The notes beneath the pieces are model-generated. The model searched no databases, was not told the DNA's origin, and saw nothing but the letters and a program-made list of their open reading frames with translations. A DNA stretch of 64,000 nt from positions 21,482-85,481 of the IMG/VR virus record IMGVR_UViG_3300017728_000002. One strand, written 5' to 3'. Positions within the stretch are counted from its first letter, which is position 1. The number at the start of each line of letters is the position of its first letter. Origin of the DNA: a virus. Below, piece by piece: positions 9,315 through 19,374 of the stretch. The translations under genes were made by a program, and so were the position numbers.

Positions 9315-10109
9315 ATGGCTAACACCAAACGCACTGTGTTGATCTGTCCAACCGCAAAGCTGGATCAATGTGTCAACGTTAAAAACCAAGCAGCTCCCAT
9401 TACCCTCGAGGAAATGGGCGTACCTGCTGCAGAAATTACATCCGATGAAGTAAACACTACTTCATCGTATGCTTCAAATCAAGTTGATGATGAGTACAAT
9501 CTAGGTACTGCAGGCTACACAGATGTTGATTTTAGTGCTCTTGTAGCTAGTAATTTTACTGGCGACTTTGAGATCTTGATTATTGACATGACTGAAGGTC
9601 GTGAGGCATTTCCTCGCCGGACTTACACAGCTGCAACTTTGGCTGATCTTCAAACTGTTATCCAAAATTCTACCTTGGAAGCTGGAGATGGTAAGACGTA
9701 CACAGCAACGCTTGACAATTCAAACAACACGATTAGAGTAACATACCCCTTGGGTGTGATTGCTAAAGTCGCTGCAAGCGATGGTGCTGCTTTGACTGCA
9801 GCTGCAGCAACGCTGCCTGCAGGTTACACTACAGTGACTGCAATGGCATATTTGAAAGATGCCATTACCGATCAGTACGGACGTACTAACCGGATCAAGT
9901 TTCCTGTAATTGAGCCGGATGTAGCTGTAGCGTTGACTGAGGCAAACGCAGCTGCTTCAGGTGCTAGCACTTGGGATTTGCACGTTTTCACAAAAGTGAG
10001 TGAGGTCAAGTTTGACAAGAACACGGCTAACAGCTACCAAGACGTAGAGACGTTTGAAATCTTGGTTCCTGCTGGTCTTGCTCTTCCTTTCGGAAACGTG
10101 ACTGTATAA
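9315..10109 (+). CDS. Putative auxiliary capsid protein / abundant structural protein
   Basis: Follows the ring gene; GRTNRIKFP motif; followed by a strong terminator, as expected for a high-copy protein. Confidence 0.5.
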   Translation: MANTKRTVLICPTAKLDQCVNVKNQAAPITLEEMGVPAAEITSDEVNTTSSYASNQVDDEYNLGTAGYTDVDFSALVASNFTGDFEILIIDMTEGREAFPRRTYTAATLADLQTVIQNSTLEAGDGKTYTATLDNSNNTIRVTYPLGVIAKVAASDGAALTAAAATLPAGYTTVTAMAYLKDAITDQYGRTNRIKFPVIEPDVAVALTEANAAASGASTWDLHVFTKVSEVKFDKNTANSYQDVETFEILVPAGLALPFGNVTV

Positions 10110-10132
10110 ACCTTAAGGTTGTTTTCAATTGC

Positions 10133-10168
10133 AAAGGGGGTGGGGGAGACTCTGCCCCTTTTTATTTT
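10133..10168 (+). terminator. Rho-independent terminator
   Basis: AAAGGGGGTGGGG-GAGA-CTCTGCCCC-TTTTTATTTT; GNRA loop and U-tract. Confidence 0.8.
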
Positions 10169-10176
10169 AATCTACA

Positions 10177-10782
10177 ATGGGACAGACATACACTCGGTGG
10201 AGTAAAAACACCACTTCGATTACAGGGTCACTGCACATTCAGGCGCAAGACTCTTTTCAAGCACCCAACTTTGTATTCGTCTTTCCCAACGGGGATTACT
10301 TCTCACAAACCAGTGCGCAGGCTTCAAACGAAACATACATTTTAGCAGGCACTCAAGCGTTGTTTGTAGTGAATGCACCTCTGCTAGTACAGAATGATAC
10401 TTACCCTGCAGACAACGGAGAGTTCTTTAATGCTTTAGATGAAACCATTGCATTCACGCGTACAACCATTGAGCAGGGCGTGTACTACTTCTCAGCTACT
10501 CAAGGGTCTGACATAGAGCAGCAGTACGTAATCATGATGCCTGACATTGAAGAGGCTATGGTTACGCTTGCACAAAAGCTTTTGGATACCCAATGTGCAT
10601 GCCAAATGAACCGAAGTGTAATGGACAACTACATTAAGGCAAAAGCCATGCAGCAGTTGATCTATTCTAAAGTTGCCGATCAAGGGGTAACGTTGAGCAC
10701 TACGTTCTTAGCTGATGTGAATGCGGATGTAACTGTTTTGCATGACTTTATGCAAGGCACAAGCGAGATTTGCGGATGTTGA
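10177..10782 (+). CDS. Putative tail hub/collar protein
   Basis: 201 aa with CxC near the C-terminal helices and a terminal CGC; syntenic with crAss hub genes. Confidence 0.45.
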   Translation: MGQTYTRWSKNTTSITGSLHIQAQDSFQAPNFVFVFPNGDYFSQTSAQASNETYILAGTQALFVVNAPLLVQNDTYPADNGEFFNALDETIAFTRTTIEQGVYYFSATQGSDIEQQYVIMMPDIEEAMVTLAQKLLDTQCACQMNRSVMDNYIKAKAMQQLIYSKVADQGVTLSTTFLADVNADVTVLHDFMQGTSEICGC

Positions 10783-10964
10783 TGTATCCAGGCGCAGACC
10801 ATTACGCTGAAAGTCAAGTTGCTCAATCTGCACGAGCCGTAGTAAAACTTGATTTGCCGGAAAAGTCATTTATGATTGGCCTCTTGGCAGACATTGAACA
10901 GGCCCAGGGAAGCTTGTCGTTGAAGGTTAATGAGATCAATTCACAGGATATCTTAAACCCGTAA
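10782..10964 (+). CDS. Small hypothetical protein
   Basis: TGATG coupling to the upstream gene; 60 aa. Confidence 0.45.
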   Translation: MYPGADHYAESQVAQSARAVVKLDLPEKSFMIGLLADIEQAQGSLSLKVNEINSQDILNP

Positions 10965-11002
10965 GGCTTTATACCTTATATTAAAGTGAGCTTAAAGCTC
11001 AC

Positions 11003-12250
11003 ATGACACTAACAGATATCATTAAGCGATACGTCGCTGATTGGCCAAACGACAGCAATCGCAAGTTGGCCAGTATGATTTTAGAATTAGAAGATTCAGT
11101 AGAACTGAAGCACCGAACTCTACGGCGCAAGATCTCTGAGTACAAAGCAGCCAGTACCAACCCTCAGCATCGCATGCACCATCAGGTGTCACGCACTGAT
11201 TCAGGGGGTAAGCAAGAGTTGTCTTACCGAGGCTCTCGAAGCATAAGCAGCTTAGAAGAAGCAATTGAGTTCTTTGATGTAGATACCACTCAGTGGGAAG
11301 TTGCCAGTTGGACAGCCAATAGCTGGGATACAGGCGACTCGACAAACTACCAAGTCAAGCTCAAGCTGACTCCGCGACAAACCCTGCACAGCACTACTGC
11401 GGAGGTTCTTCTAGAATCTTATCGCAAGAGTATTCAAGAGTTTCAACCGCGCATAGTCAAAGGCAGCGGAACCGGCGTTTTAGTTCTGGCAGACTTTCAT
11501 ATAGGCAGCAAAGTCCAAGGACTTAAGCTGACTGATGATTTTGGGTACGATGTAATCATTGACCGGTTGGACCAGGCGGCGAGGCAAATGAATAGACTTC
11601 AATACGAAGCCGTCGAGATCGTAATGCTTGGGGATTTCATTGAAAGCTTTACCGGCTTGAACCATCCGAACAGCTGGCAAGAACTCGAGTACGGCGGCTA
11701 TGGCTCCAATATCGTAATTCTGGCTTACAAGATCCTCCGGGACTTTATGGATAAGGTCCACAACCTCTCTGCGGTTAGCATAGTAAGCGGAAATCATGAT
11801 CGAACAAGCATCAAGACCGACCTCGATGCGAAAGGCGGCGTTGCTCAGCTTTTGTCTTTTATGCTGAAAGAGAGTAATCCGATGTTGGCTGTAGAGTGGG
11901 ATCCGCTCATCCTCTCTAAACAGATTGATGGTATTCAATACATCATGTCGCACAACCATCAGGGTATTACGAAAAACGATATGACTAAAGTCTTTTGGGA
12001 GCATGGGGTTCAGGGTAATTACAATATGCTGCTAGGAGGGCATTGGCACAGTCGCCGGAGTAAAAAGCAATTCCGTACAGAAGACACCATCCACTGGGAT
12101 CAAGCTAACTATCGAGCTTTGAGTGTAGCACCTCTCTTTACAGGAAATTTTTACAGCGAGTCTAACGGATGGTCAAGTTCTAGTGGTATAACAATTATTG
12201 AAAACAACGGCGCTGGAAAGCCCAATGTTTACGACATAACACTTACGTAA
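11003..12250 (+). CDS. Calcineurin-like metallophosphoesterase with N-terminal helical/HTH-like region
   Basis: Complete motif set ADFHIG, LGDFIE, SGNHD, SHNH, GGHWH. Confidence 0.85.
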   Translation: MTLTDIIKRYVADWPNDSNRKLASMILELEDSVELKHRTLRRKISEYKAASTNPQHRMHHQVSRTDSGGKQELSYRGSRSISSLEEAIEFFDVDTTQWEVASWTANSWDTGDSTNYQVKLKLTPRQTLHSTTAEVLLESYRKSIQEFQPRIVKGSGTGVLVLADFHIGSKVQGLKLTDDFGYDVIIDRLDQAARQMNRLQYEAVEIVMLGDFIESFTGLNHPNSWQELEYGGYGSNIVILAYKILRDFMDKVHNLSAVSIVSGNHDRTSIKTDLDAKGGVAQLLSFMLKESNPMLAVEWDPLILSKQIDGIQYIMSHNHQGITKNDMTKVFWEHGVQGNYNMLLGGHWHSRRSKKQFRTEDTIHWDQANYRALSVAPLFTGNFYSESNGWSSSSGITIIENNGAGKPNVYDITLT

Positions 12251-12615
12251 TGGCTGCAGGCAAGTACAATATCCAAGCTGAAAAAAACGAAGCCCTGGTT
12301 ATCCTTATGACTTATAAGGATGATGCAGACCAGCCGTTAGACTTGACTGACACTGTTGTGTATTTGACTTTAAAAAGCAACACTGCAGATCCTCTAGGAG
12401 TGGTCACTACTGAAGCTTCTTTTAATCCTATGACGCTGTTGATTACAGACGCTCTAAACGGTGAGTTTAAGATTGACCTTAACAAGACTATTATAAACTC
12501 TATTCCTTTTAGTCAAGGAATCTACTACATTGATTTAGAGGGAAGTGCGCCAACAAGTTTAAACACTCGACTGGTTGAAGGTAAGTTTCAAATCGTAGCC
12601 AATAGCTCGTACTAA
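12250..12615 (+). CDS. BppU-N-like tail/fibre adaptor protein
   Basis: MAAGKYNI...PLDLT...YYIDLE...TRLVEGKF pattern; precedes fibre genes. Confidence 0.6.
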   Translation: MAAGKYNIQAEKNEALVILMTYKDDADQPLDLTDTVVYLTLKSNTADPLGVVTTEASFNPMTLLITDALNGEFKIDLNKTIINSIPFSQGIYYIDLEGSAPTSLNTRLVEGKFQIVANSSY

Positions 12616-14549
12616 TGTCTAGTCTAACCATTACTCAACTTAGTCCAGCACCTAACGCTGTTGTGGTGCAAGGAGTCATCACAAACAATACCGTGGTGAT
12701 CAACCCTTTGTCTGTCACCAATTACCTAGAGGCCATTCCTGGTCCTGTTGGTGCTGAAGGGCCACAAGGTGTTCAAGGTCCAATAGGCAATACAGGTCCT
12801 GCAGGTCCTACATACACGGTGTCTTGTGTAGATGGAGACAATTTAGATGAAGAGAAAATCCGTTTGACCGCAAGCACTGGTGATACTGATGACGTGGTTT
12901 TAGAGGCTGGGACAGGTTTGAGTATTGCTCGTAATTCAGACAAGATTACGTTGACTCTAGATACGTCATCAGGACTAAATGTGACAGGAGACATTGTGGT
13001 TTCAGGAACTGTTGACGGAGTTAATGTTGCTACAGATGTTGCTGCCAACACCGCTAAAGTGAGTGCGGACGGCTTGGTCACTACGCACAATGATGTCAGC
13101 GATGCAGGCAGTGGAGCCATTATTACAGACCTTGAGCGTACCAAGTTGAATGGCGTTGAGGCCGCAGCTACTGCAGACCAGACGGGAGCTGAGATTAAGA
13201 CTTCTTACGAGGCAGAGACAAAAGCTTTTACGGACGCTCAGTTCGACAAGCTTGCTGGGGTTGCAGACAACGCGACAGCGAACCAAACGGACGCCCACTT
13301 GCTGGCACGTGTTAACCACACCGGAACACAACTTGCTTCAACGATCAGTGACTTTGACTCTGCAGTTGCTGCCAACACAGATGTTGCGGCAAATACTGCA
13401 AAGACAGGCATAAGCTCAGGACAAGCAAGCGAGATTACAGCGAACACAGCTAAGGTTACTTTCCCAGGATTTGGAACAACGTCGGGTACGGCGTTAGAGG
13501 GAGATACATCACTGTTTAGTGGTGCATACGCAGACCTAACAGGAAAACCGTCGTTGTTTGACGGGTCGTATGCAAGCCTGACCTCAGTTCCTAGCACATT
13601 TAATCCTGCCGCTCATAGCCACGCAATATCTGAAATCACATCTCTGCAAACCACTCTTAATGGCCTTATACCTTATTCAGGGGCTTCTTCAAATGTTAAC
13701 TTAAATTCTAAGACGCTAACTGGGGTAAGCAGCATTACTTCAAGTTCGGCTCTTTTTGGAGCATCTCCTGCCAGCCTTAGGGCCTTTAATATTAAGGGAA
13801 CGGGTCTAGACGGAAGACTGTCACTACAAGGTGGTTCTGGTGATTTTCCAGGCCTAGAGATGACAACAAACGGCAATGCTTCCAGGGTGTTGCTTAGGAT
13901 GGCTGAAATTGGAACTGACGGCACGTCCTTACAAATCTTTACGGAGCCAGAGGGAGGGGGTATAGCAAAACACTTAGAGGTTGACGACGATGGTACGCTA
14001 TATGTTTTTCCATCAGGAACCGCAGCAGCCACGGCAGGTGATGCAGGTTTTAAGAATAACTCAGGAACTATGCAGTTCAAGAACTCTAGCGGGTCTTGGA
14101 CAGACATTCCTTCTAGTGGTGGGTCTACTAACGAACTAGACGGTCAGTCAATAGAAATTATCACTAGGAGCAGTGCTTATGCCAACAACACTTGGGAAGG
14201 CGAGGTCGTGAAATTTGGAAGTGACACTTTAGTTCAGAACAAATTTTACGTTCATACTTCTTCTGGCTGGGTCACTGCTGACGCAGATGTCGAAGCTAAC
14301 ACCAAAGGTTTGTTTGGCATTGCATTGGGGACTTCGTCAGCTACTGATGGCCTTCTTGTCAAAGGCATACACTCAAGCAACGCTCATGCATTTTCAGCTG
14401 GAGACACATTGTATGTAGGAACAACAGAAGGTACTGTAACGACTACCGTTCCTTCAACTCCTGGTGAATATGTAAGAGTTGTAGGTTACGTCTTGTCTAG
14501 CTCTTACATCTACATAAACCCGTCACCTGACTATATCGAGATTGCTTAA
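12615..14549 (+). CDS. Tail fibre protein with collagen-like stretch
   Basis: GPVGAEGPQGVQGPIGNTGPAGP; repeated VAANTAK, HTGTQLASTISDF and YADLTGKP fibre motifs; C-terminal beta domain. Confidence 0.8.
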   Translation: MSSLTITQLSPAPNAVVVQGVITNNTVVINPLSVTNYLEAIPGPVGAEGPQGVQGPIGNTGPAGPTYTVSCVDGDNLDEEKIRLTASTGDTDDVVLEAGTGLSIARNSDKITLTLDTSSGLNVTGDIVVSGTVDGVNVATDVAANTAKVSADGLVTTHNDVSDAGSGAIITDLERTKLNGVEAAATADQTGAEIKTSYEAETKAFTDAQFDKLAGVADNATANQTDAHLLARVNHTGTQLASTISDFDSAVAANTDVAANTAKTGISSGQASEITANTAKVTFPGFGTTSGTALEGDTSLFSGAYADLTGKPSLFDGSYASLTSVPSTFNPAAHSHAISEITSLQTTLNGLIPYSGASSNVNLNSKTLTGVSSITSSSALFGASPASLRAFNIKGTGLDGRLSLQGGSGDFPGLEMTTNGNASRVLLRMAEIGTDGTSLQIFTEPEGGGIAKHLEVDDDGTLYVFPSGTAAATAGDAGFKNNSGTMQFKNSSGSWTDIPSSGGSTNELDGQSIEIITRSSAYANNTWEGEVVKFGSDTLVQNKFYVHTSSGWVTADADVEANTKGLFGIALGTSSATDGLLVKGIHSSNAHAFSAGDTLYVGTTEGTVTTTVPSTPGEYVRVVGYVLSSSYIYINPSPDYIEIA

Positions 14550-17080
14550 TGGCTGATATAAGCAAAGTAAACGGGGTTGCTTTTTCTTCGATAGGGGGTA
14601 TGAATGGCGTTGCTAAAGCAAGCATAGCAAGCCTTAATGGTCTTTCCGCTCCTTCAAGTACGGTTGCGCCTGTTGTTTTCTATGACGCAAAAAATGCTTC
14701 AAGCTACGGGGGATCAGGAACGACATGGTCTGATTTGAAGTCGGGAGGTTATGATATGACTCTGACCAACGGACCCGTTTTCACTTCGGGCACTCCAGAT
14801 CACTTTGATTTTGATGGTGTCAATGACATAGCTGTAAACAACAGCAACGGGCCGCAGATATTTGGGGCATCCAGTGCATACAGCTTCGAGGCTTGGGTAA
14901 GGTTGGATGGGTTGTTAAGCGCGTCAAGTACCACACCGATCTATTCTATCGCAAGTAAGTCGTCTAATAGCAACGCGCTTCCAGGTTGGAAGTGGACGCT
15001 TAGAAGCGGTTATTTTAATGGCATGATGTTGCGGCTCGGAGAATCGGGTGCTACTGTTGACATAACACCAAGCAGTTCAGACTTTCTAACCGCTATAAAC
15101 GACACAACGGACTTTCACCAAGTGGTCATTACAGTTGATGAGTCTACTGCTACTGCTTTTGTCTATGCTGACGGTACTCAATACTCTACGACTGTCATTA
15201 GTTATAGCGGCGGGACTTTAGGTCAGAACCGAAACAACACGAACAAATTGTGTTTAGCGCGTTATGCCGACGCAAGCTCGTCGTTTGAGTTTAATGGAGA
15301 CATCAGCGAAGTTGCCATCTATGACAAGGTGCTTAGTCAAGCTGAAGTGACCGCGCTGTACAACGCAAAAGCAGCGAGCTTCGGAATATCTGTTTCCTCT
15401 TTTTCAGGTATTCTAGACACTTACACGGGTTCGGCGGCGGCTTACTCTACGCGGCGCCTTGCAATCGCTACCACAATACTCATGCGTGTTCGCAGGGACA
15501 GCGACGATGCAGAATTAGACATTGGCTTTGACTCAAACGGAGACCTAGATTCTTCAGCTATCGCCACCTTCGCAGGCAGTGCAAACGCTTTTGTGGTCAC
15601 TTGGACGGACCAATCTGGAAACAGCAACAACGCTACGCAAAGCACGTCAGGCAGTCAGCCCAAGATTTATGACGGGTCGGCTGTGATTACAGAGAACGGC
15701 AAGCCAGCTTTAGACTTTGATGGTACTATGGGTTTCGCAGTAAATCTGACTGCAACCTTTACCAACATAGGTATTTGGTCAGTGCATGCGGGAACAGACG
15801 GGGGAATGTTCGGAAGCTATCCAGGTTCCTTTCCACGTCATTTTGTATCTCATGCCATGCAAAGTGGTTTTTACCGCAGCCGAATAAGAAATACAGCAAA
15901 GGCTATGCGAACCGTAGACGTAGGCACAACAATTGACACGCAAGTATTACAGCATCTACACTATGACCGAACAAATTTAGGCGTAAGTATTGACGGTGGA
16001 ACCTTGCAAACTATTACCGCAACAGTTGGGGATATTGCGACTTCAAGCAATGGTTTTAGGGTAGGTGGAAGTCCTAATGCATTTAGTCTAAATGGAAGCC
16101 TGCAAGAGCTTTTAGTTTGGAACGCTGACCAATCCAGCAACCGCAGCGCGATAGAAGGTAACATCAACGCTCACTATCAAATCGGAAACTTCGGTACGCC
16201 TACGTCTGGATTGCTTGCTACCTACACAGGGGCTGCCGTAGCATACTCCGTGAGACAGTTAGCAAACACTGCTACTAAATCTATGCGTATTGTAGTAGAT
16301 AGCGCATCCTCAGTAGGTACTGTAAATTCTAGTGATCCACAATACGACATTGGGTTTGACGCTAACGGAGACTTAGACACGGCTGCCATTGTAACTGCGT
16401 GTAACAACCCGTCAGGAACTAACTATGATGCTTACGTAGTAAAATGGTATGATCAAGCTAGCGTAGGCGGGACAAACGATGCGGCAAACTCAGGTTACAC
16501 TACCCTGCCTAAAATAGCAGAGGCGGGAGTAGTAATTACTGAAAATGGAGAGCCCGCTATTGAATTTGGGGAAGGAGGTAACGCTAAGATTCTAGAGTTT
16601 GATGCTAACATGGCCGTTAGCCTTTATTACTCTGTTTTTGCCGTGAGGAAAGGCACGACTGCAAATGGTCAAATGTTTTTAGCCACTCAGGATGATAACA
16701 GATACTGGGCCGACCTTGGATTAAGCGGGAACGACAAGCACCTTATGGATGGCTTTAATGGAGACAACGGAGACTACACTAACGAGTGGGCTCGGTATCG
16801 AAAAAATGGCTCTGCTGCTTTTTCAGGAATTACCACTCGATCAACGTATAAAAGCACATTCTATAACAACAATCAGTTGTTGATGTCATTTCTTACGGAG
16901 GGGACTGCTTTAAATAGGTCGGCAGTAACCGAGTTTTGTATTGGTGCATACCAAGGATTAATCCTTCCATTCCAAGGTACTTGTCAAGAGTTTATAATGT
17001 GGCAAGATTCTAGTAGCAATCAGAGTAGTAACGCTTCGTCTATTGAAAGCAATATGACGACCCACTTTTCAATTTCATAA
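14549..17080 (+). CDS. Receptor-binding/tail protein with LamG (ConA-like) domain plus two tandem related lectin-like domains
   Basis: YDAKNASSYGGSGTTWSDL...FDFDGVND...FNGDISEVAIYDKVLS; duplicated AAAYSxRxL...DIGFDxNGDLD...WxDQ...PKI...ITENGxPA units. Confidence 0.8.
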   Translation: MADISKVNGVAFSSIGGMNGVAKASIASLNGLSAPSSTVAPVVFYDAKNASSYGGSGTTWSDLKSGGYDMTLTNGPVFTSGTPDHFDFDGVNDIAVNNSNGPQIFGASSAYSFEAWVRLDGLLSASSTTPIYSIASKSSNSNALPGWKWTLRSGYFNGMMLRLGESGATVDITPSSSDFLTAINDTTDFHQVVITVDESTATAFVYADGTQYSTTVISYSGGTLGQNRNNTNKLCLARYADASSSFEFNGDISEVAIYDKVLSQAEVTALYNAKAASFGISVSSFSGILDTYTGSAAAYSTRRLAIATTILMRVRRDSDDAELDIGFDSNGDLDSSAIATFAGSANAFVVTWTDQSGNSNNATQSTSGSQPKIYDGSAVITENGKPALDFDGTMGFAVNLTATFTNIGIWSVHAGTDGGMFGSYPGSFPRHFVSHAMQSGFYRSRIRNTAKAMRTVDVGTTIDTQVLQHLHYDRTNLGVSIDGGTLQTITATVGDIATSSNGFRVGGSPNAFSLNGSLQELLVWNADQSSNRSAIEGNINAHYQIGNFGTPTSGLLATYTGAAVAYSVRQLANTATKSMRIVVDSASSVGTVNSSDPQYDIGFDANGDLDTAAIVTACNNPSGTNYDAYVVKWYDQASVGGTNDAANSGYTTLPKIAEAGVVITENGEPAIEFGEGGNAKILEFDANMAVSLYYSVFAVRKGTTANGQMFLATQDDNRYWADLGLSGNDKHLMDGFNGDNGDYTNEWARYRKNGSAAFSGITTRSTYKSTFYNNNQLLMSFLTEGTALNRSAVTEFCIGAYQGLILPFQGTCQEFIMWQDSSSNQSSNASSIESNMTTHFSIS

Positions 17081-17505
17081 TGGCAAAAATTTATCTGCCT
17101 GTACAAGCTACAGAAGACATGACCTCTGAAGAAAGGGCTATTGCAATCAACACTGAAGTGTATAGCCTTCGCAGACCTGATTCAATGAAGAATCCCGATG
17201 ACGTTACGTTGATGTATTACGGAACCATTACACACCCTGTAACAAATCAAGTGGCGCTGATTACCGATTCTGCAGATATGATTCGAATTCATCCTGAAGT
17301 AGACCTTACGGTTATGCTGTCACTAATGCCTGAGATTCCTCAAAATGAAAAGGACCAACTGTCGGCATACATTAACGCCAATCGTGGTGGGTCGGTTCCG
17401 TTTGGAACGTTTATCCCTACAACTTCAGTGCAGTTGACAGAAGAAGAAGCTGATGCTGCGGGATGGATTCCTAGTCCAGACATGCTAAATCCTGAAAATT
17501 TTTAA
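17080..17505 (+). CDS. Hypothetical fibre-associated protein
   Basis: Coupled to the fibre gene (TAATG); 141 aa acidic. Confidence 0.6.
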   Translation: MAKIYLPVQATEDMTSEERAIAINTEVYSLRRPDSMKNPDDVTLMYYGTITHPVTNQVALITDSADMIRIHPEVDLTVMLSLMPEIPQNEKDQLSAYINANRGGSVPFGTFIPTTSVQLTEEEADAAGWIPSPDMLNPENF

Positions 17506-17508
17506 GAT

Positions 17509-17766
17509 ATGCGGGGTCAAGACAATAGGAACTATGTCATTGTAGGGTCTGTAGACATTGGGCTCATAGACTTCAGTGAAGTCATGGAAGACCCTAACTA
17601 CTTGAAGTACTCTCTTGACGGCACTCGGTTTATCGTAAAGTACGATGGGTCAATGCCGTTCAGCATTTCCTACTTGCCCAGCGCTTCTTATGAGTTTACT
17701 CATAGTGAGATTTTATCTGAAATAGCGACTGACTTTTGGCAACCTGACATTGACCCTGTTGAGTAA
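17509..17766 (+). CDS. Small fibre-associated protein
   Basis: IDFSEVME...YSLDGTRFIVKYDG...FTHSEIL pattern common next to LamG tail genes in aquatic phages. Confidence 0.65.
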   Translation: MRGQDNRNYVIVGSVDIGLIDFSEVMEDPNYLKYSLDGTRFIVKYDGSMPFSISYLPSASYEFTHSEILSEIATDFWQPDIDPVE

Positions 17767-18002
17767 TGAATAAAGTAACATCTACTGTTCATTACACTTG
17801 GTTAGGAACTGATCCTAAAAAGACTTACATTATTCTAAGTCTTTATGACTCTAGTAAAGTAGAAGCTCCAAAGCGTAAAACTGAAGAGCTAGTTAAGAAG
17901 TACAGCGCCCGGATAGCCGGATTTATTGCAGCCATGTATTTCACAAACAATGAGGCAGCCCAAGAATGGTTGCGCGCATTGGCATATCTACTTCAACCAT
18001 GA
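17766..18002 (+). CDS. Small hypothetical protein, possibly membrane-associated
   Basis: TAATG coupling; hydrophobic ARIAGFIAAMYF segment. Confidence 0.5.
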   Translation: MNKVTSTVHYTWLGTDPKKTYIILSLYDSSKVEAPKRKTEELVKKYSARIAGFIAAMYFTNNEAAQEWLRALAYLLQP

Positions 18003-18157
18003 ACATCATTAACGGGTGGAAAAACGCGAACAAGCAATCTGACAAGTTTCAAGTCAAGTTGCGTTTAGGCCGTGTCACGGTATATGACTTTTTCTATGAC
18101 ACCTCTGATCGCAAAGGGGGATTGACCTTTATGAACTTTTCAATGAAGTTGGGATGA
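17999..18157 (+). CDS. Small hypothetical protein (52 aa)
   Basis: ATGA overlap at 17999; MNIINGWKNANKQSDKFQVKLRLGRVTV... Confidence 0.6.
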   Translation: MNIINGWKNANKQSDKFQVKLRLGRVTVYDFFYDTSDRKGGLTFMNFSMKLG

Positions 18158-18282
18158 AGCGTGTAGGACAAGAATTGCTCTACAATTTTATTCTGGGGTT
18201 TTGTGTCTGCAGTGCTGTAATCAATGTAATGCCTACAGGCAACGCTGCTTTGTCTAACCCTGTTTCAACCCTTCAGTTATGA
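18154..18282 (+). CDS. Small membrane peptide (42 aa); absent from ORF track
   Basis: MKRVGQELLYNFILGFCVCSAVINVMPTGNAALSNPVSTLQL*; ATGA overlaps at both ends. Confidence 0.45.
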   Translation: MKRVGQELLYNFILGFCVCSAVINVMPTGNAALSNPVSTLQL

Positions 18283-18755
18283 CCGATAAAAAAGAGTGGT
18301 CAGAACGTCGCTTGGTAAAGTGGTTTTCTGACAACAAAGATGTTTTAGGCAAGTTTGCTACTGCTGCTTTGTCTGCTATTCCAGGAGGCGGTGCTGTTGC
18401 TAGCATTGCTTCAGAAGTGCTTGAAGCTAAAATTCTTTCTGACCAGAAGCATTATGAGTTAGAGAGTATGATGCTTAAGTACAAGACAGATGTAGAACGA
18501 AACACTACTCTGCGGTGGCAAAGCGACAACATGACTTCAGAGCGCTTGACCAAATTGGTTCGTCCGCTTAGTCTGCTTACGCTGTTAGGTACAATTGTGT
18601 TATTCACCTTTCTTGATGGATGGACCTCGTGGGGATTTGATGTACCACAGTCATATACGGATATGATTCAATCTCTTGCACTGCTGGCCTTTGGTGCATA
18701 CTTCGGGGGTCGGACAGTAGAAAAAATTCAAGACTTGCGCAATGCCAACTCTTAA
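18279..18755 (+). CDS. Holin (GTA 3TM holin-like)
   Basis: RWQSDNMTS..LTKLVRPL, two TM helices, and GAYFGGRTVEK C-terminal signature. Confidence 0.8.
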   Translation: MTDKKEWSERRLVKWFSDNKDVLGKFATAALSAIPGGGAVASIASEVLEAKILSDQKHYELESMMLKYKTDVERNTTLRWQSDNMTSERLTKLVRPLSLLTLLGTIVLFTFLDGWTSWGFDVPQSYTDMIQSLALLAFGAYFGGRTVEKIQDLRNANS

Positions 18756-19374
18756 CCAGATCGCATACAACATCGCAGGCGCTGCAGACAAGAACACAGA
18801 CACTGTGTTTATCAATCGCTTGAAGTTTCAAATTGAATACTTCCGGGCGTTGTTCTTGCGTCGGGATGCTCAGTCTAACATGAGCATTCCAGATGCTGTC
18901 ATTCAAACGCGCATCATCGATATGGAATGGGTTCCTGCAGTAGAAGCTTGTGGAGTAAGCCTCCCGTGTAAGATTCTTAAAAGCAAGGAAAAGCTGTGTG
19001 CTCCGATCAATCTAAAAGGGCAGACTGGGTTTGTCTATGTCGGAGCTGTAGGAGGCAGTTTAAGCTATCAATACGTTACTCCCGAACAGGTTGTGTATGC
19101 ATTGAGCTCTAAGTGGACTGCAGGTCAGCCTAAGTACTTCTTTAAGGACAGGTACCTCTACGTAACGGAAGGAGCTCCCATGTGCCTTGAAGTACGCATG
19201 GCGTGTGAATCTCCTGCCACCGGCGGCGAAGAAGGTGTCGATGGGTTAGGCTGTTTAGATCACGACGCTGAGTACCCAATCTCTATGGACATGGTTCAGC
19301 GGATTACAGAAGCCATCCTAGGACAACTTCAAGCAGACTCTCTACAAGACAATGGGCAAATTGAAATTGAATGA
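18742..19374 (+). CDS. Tail ring protein (crAss-like)
   Basis: MPTLNQIAYNI...RALFLRRD...Cys pair...YFFKDRYLYV...DAEYPISMDMV. Confidence 0.75.
   Translation: MPTLNQIAYNIAGAADKNTDTVFINRLKFQIEYFRALFLRRDAQSNMSIPDAVIQTRIIDMEWVPAVEACGVSLPCKILKSKEKLCAPINLKGQTGFVYVGAVGGSLSYQYVTPEQVVYALSSKWTAGQPKYFFKDRYLYVTEGAPMCLEVRMACESPATGGEEGVDGLGCLDHDAEYPISMDMVQRITEAILGQLQADSLQDNGQIEIE

Noticed and set aside
12615-17080. Diversity-generating retroelement or invertase shufflon acting on fibre genes
   Set aside because: No reverse transcriptase or recombinase seen; the duplicated units are diverged at protein level, not adenine-specific TR/VR pairs
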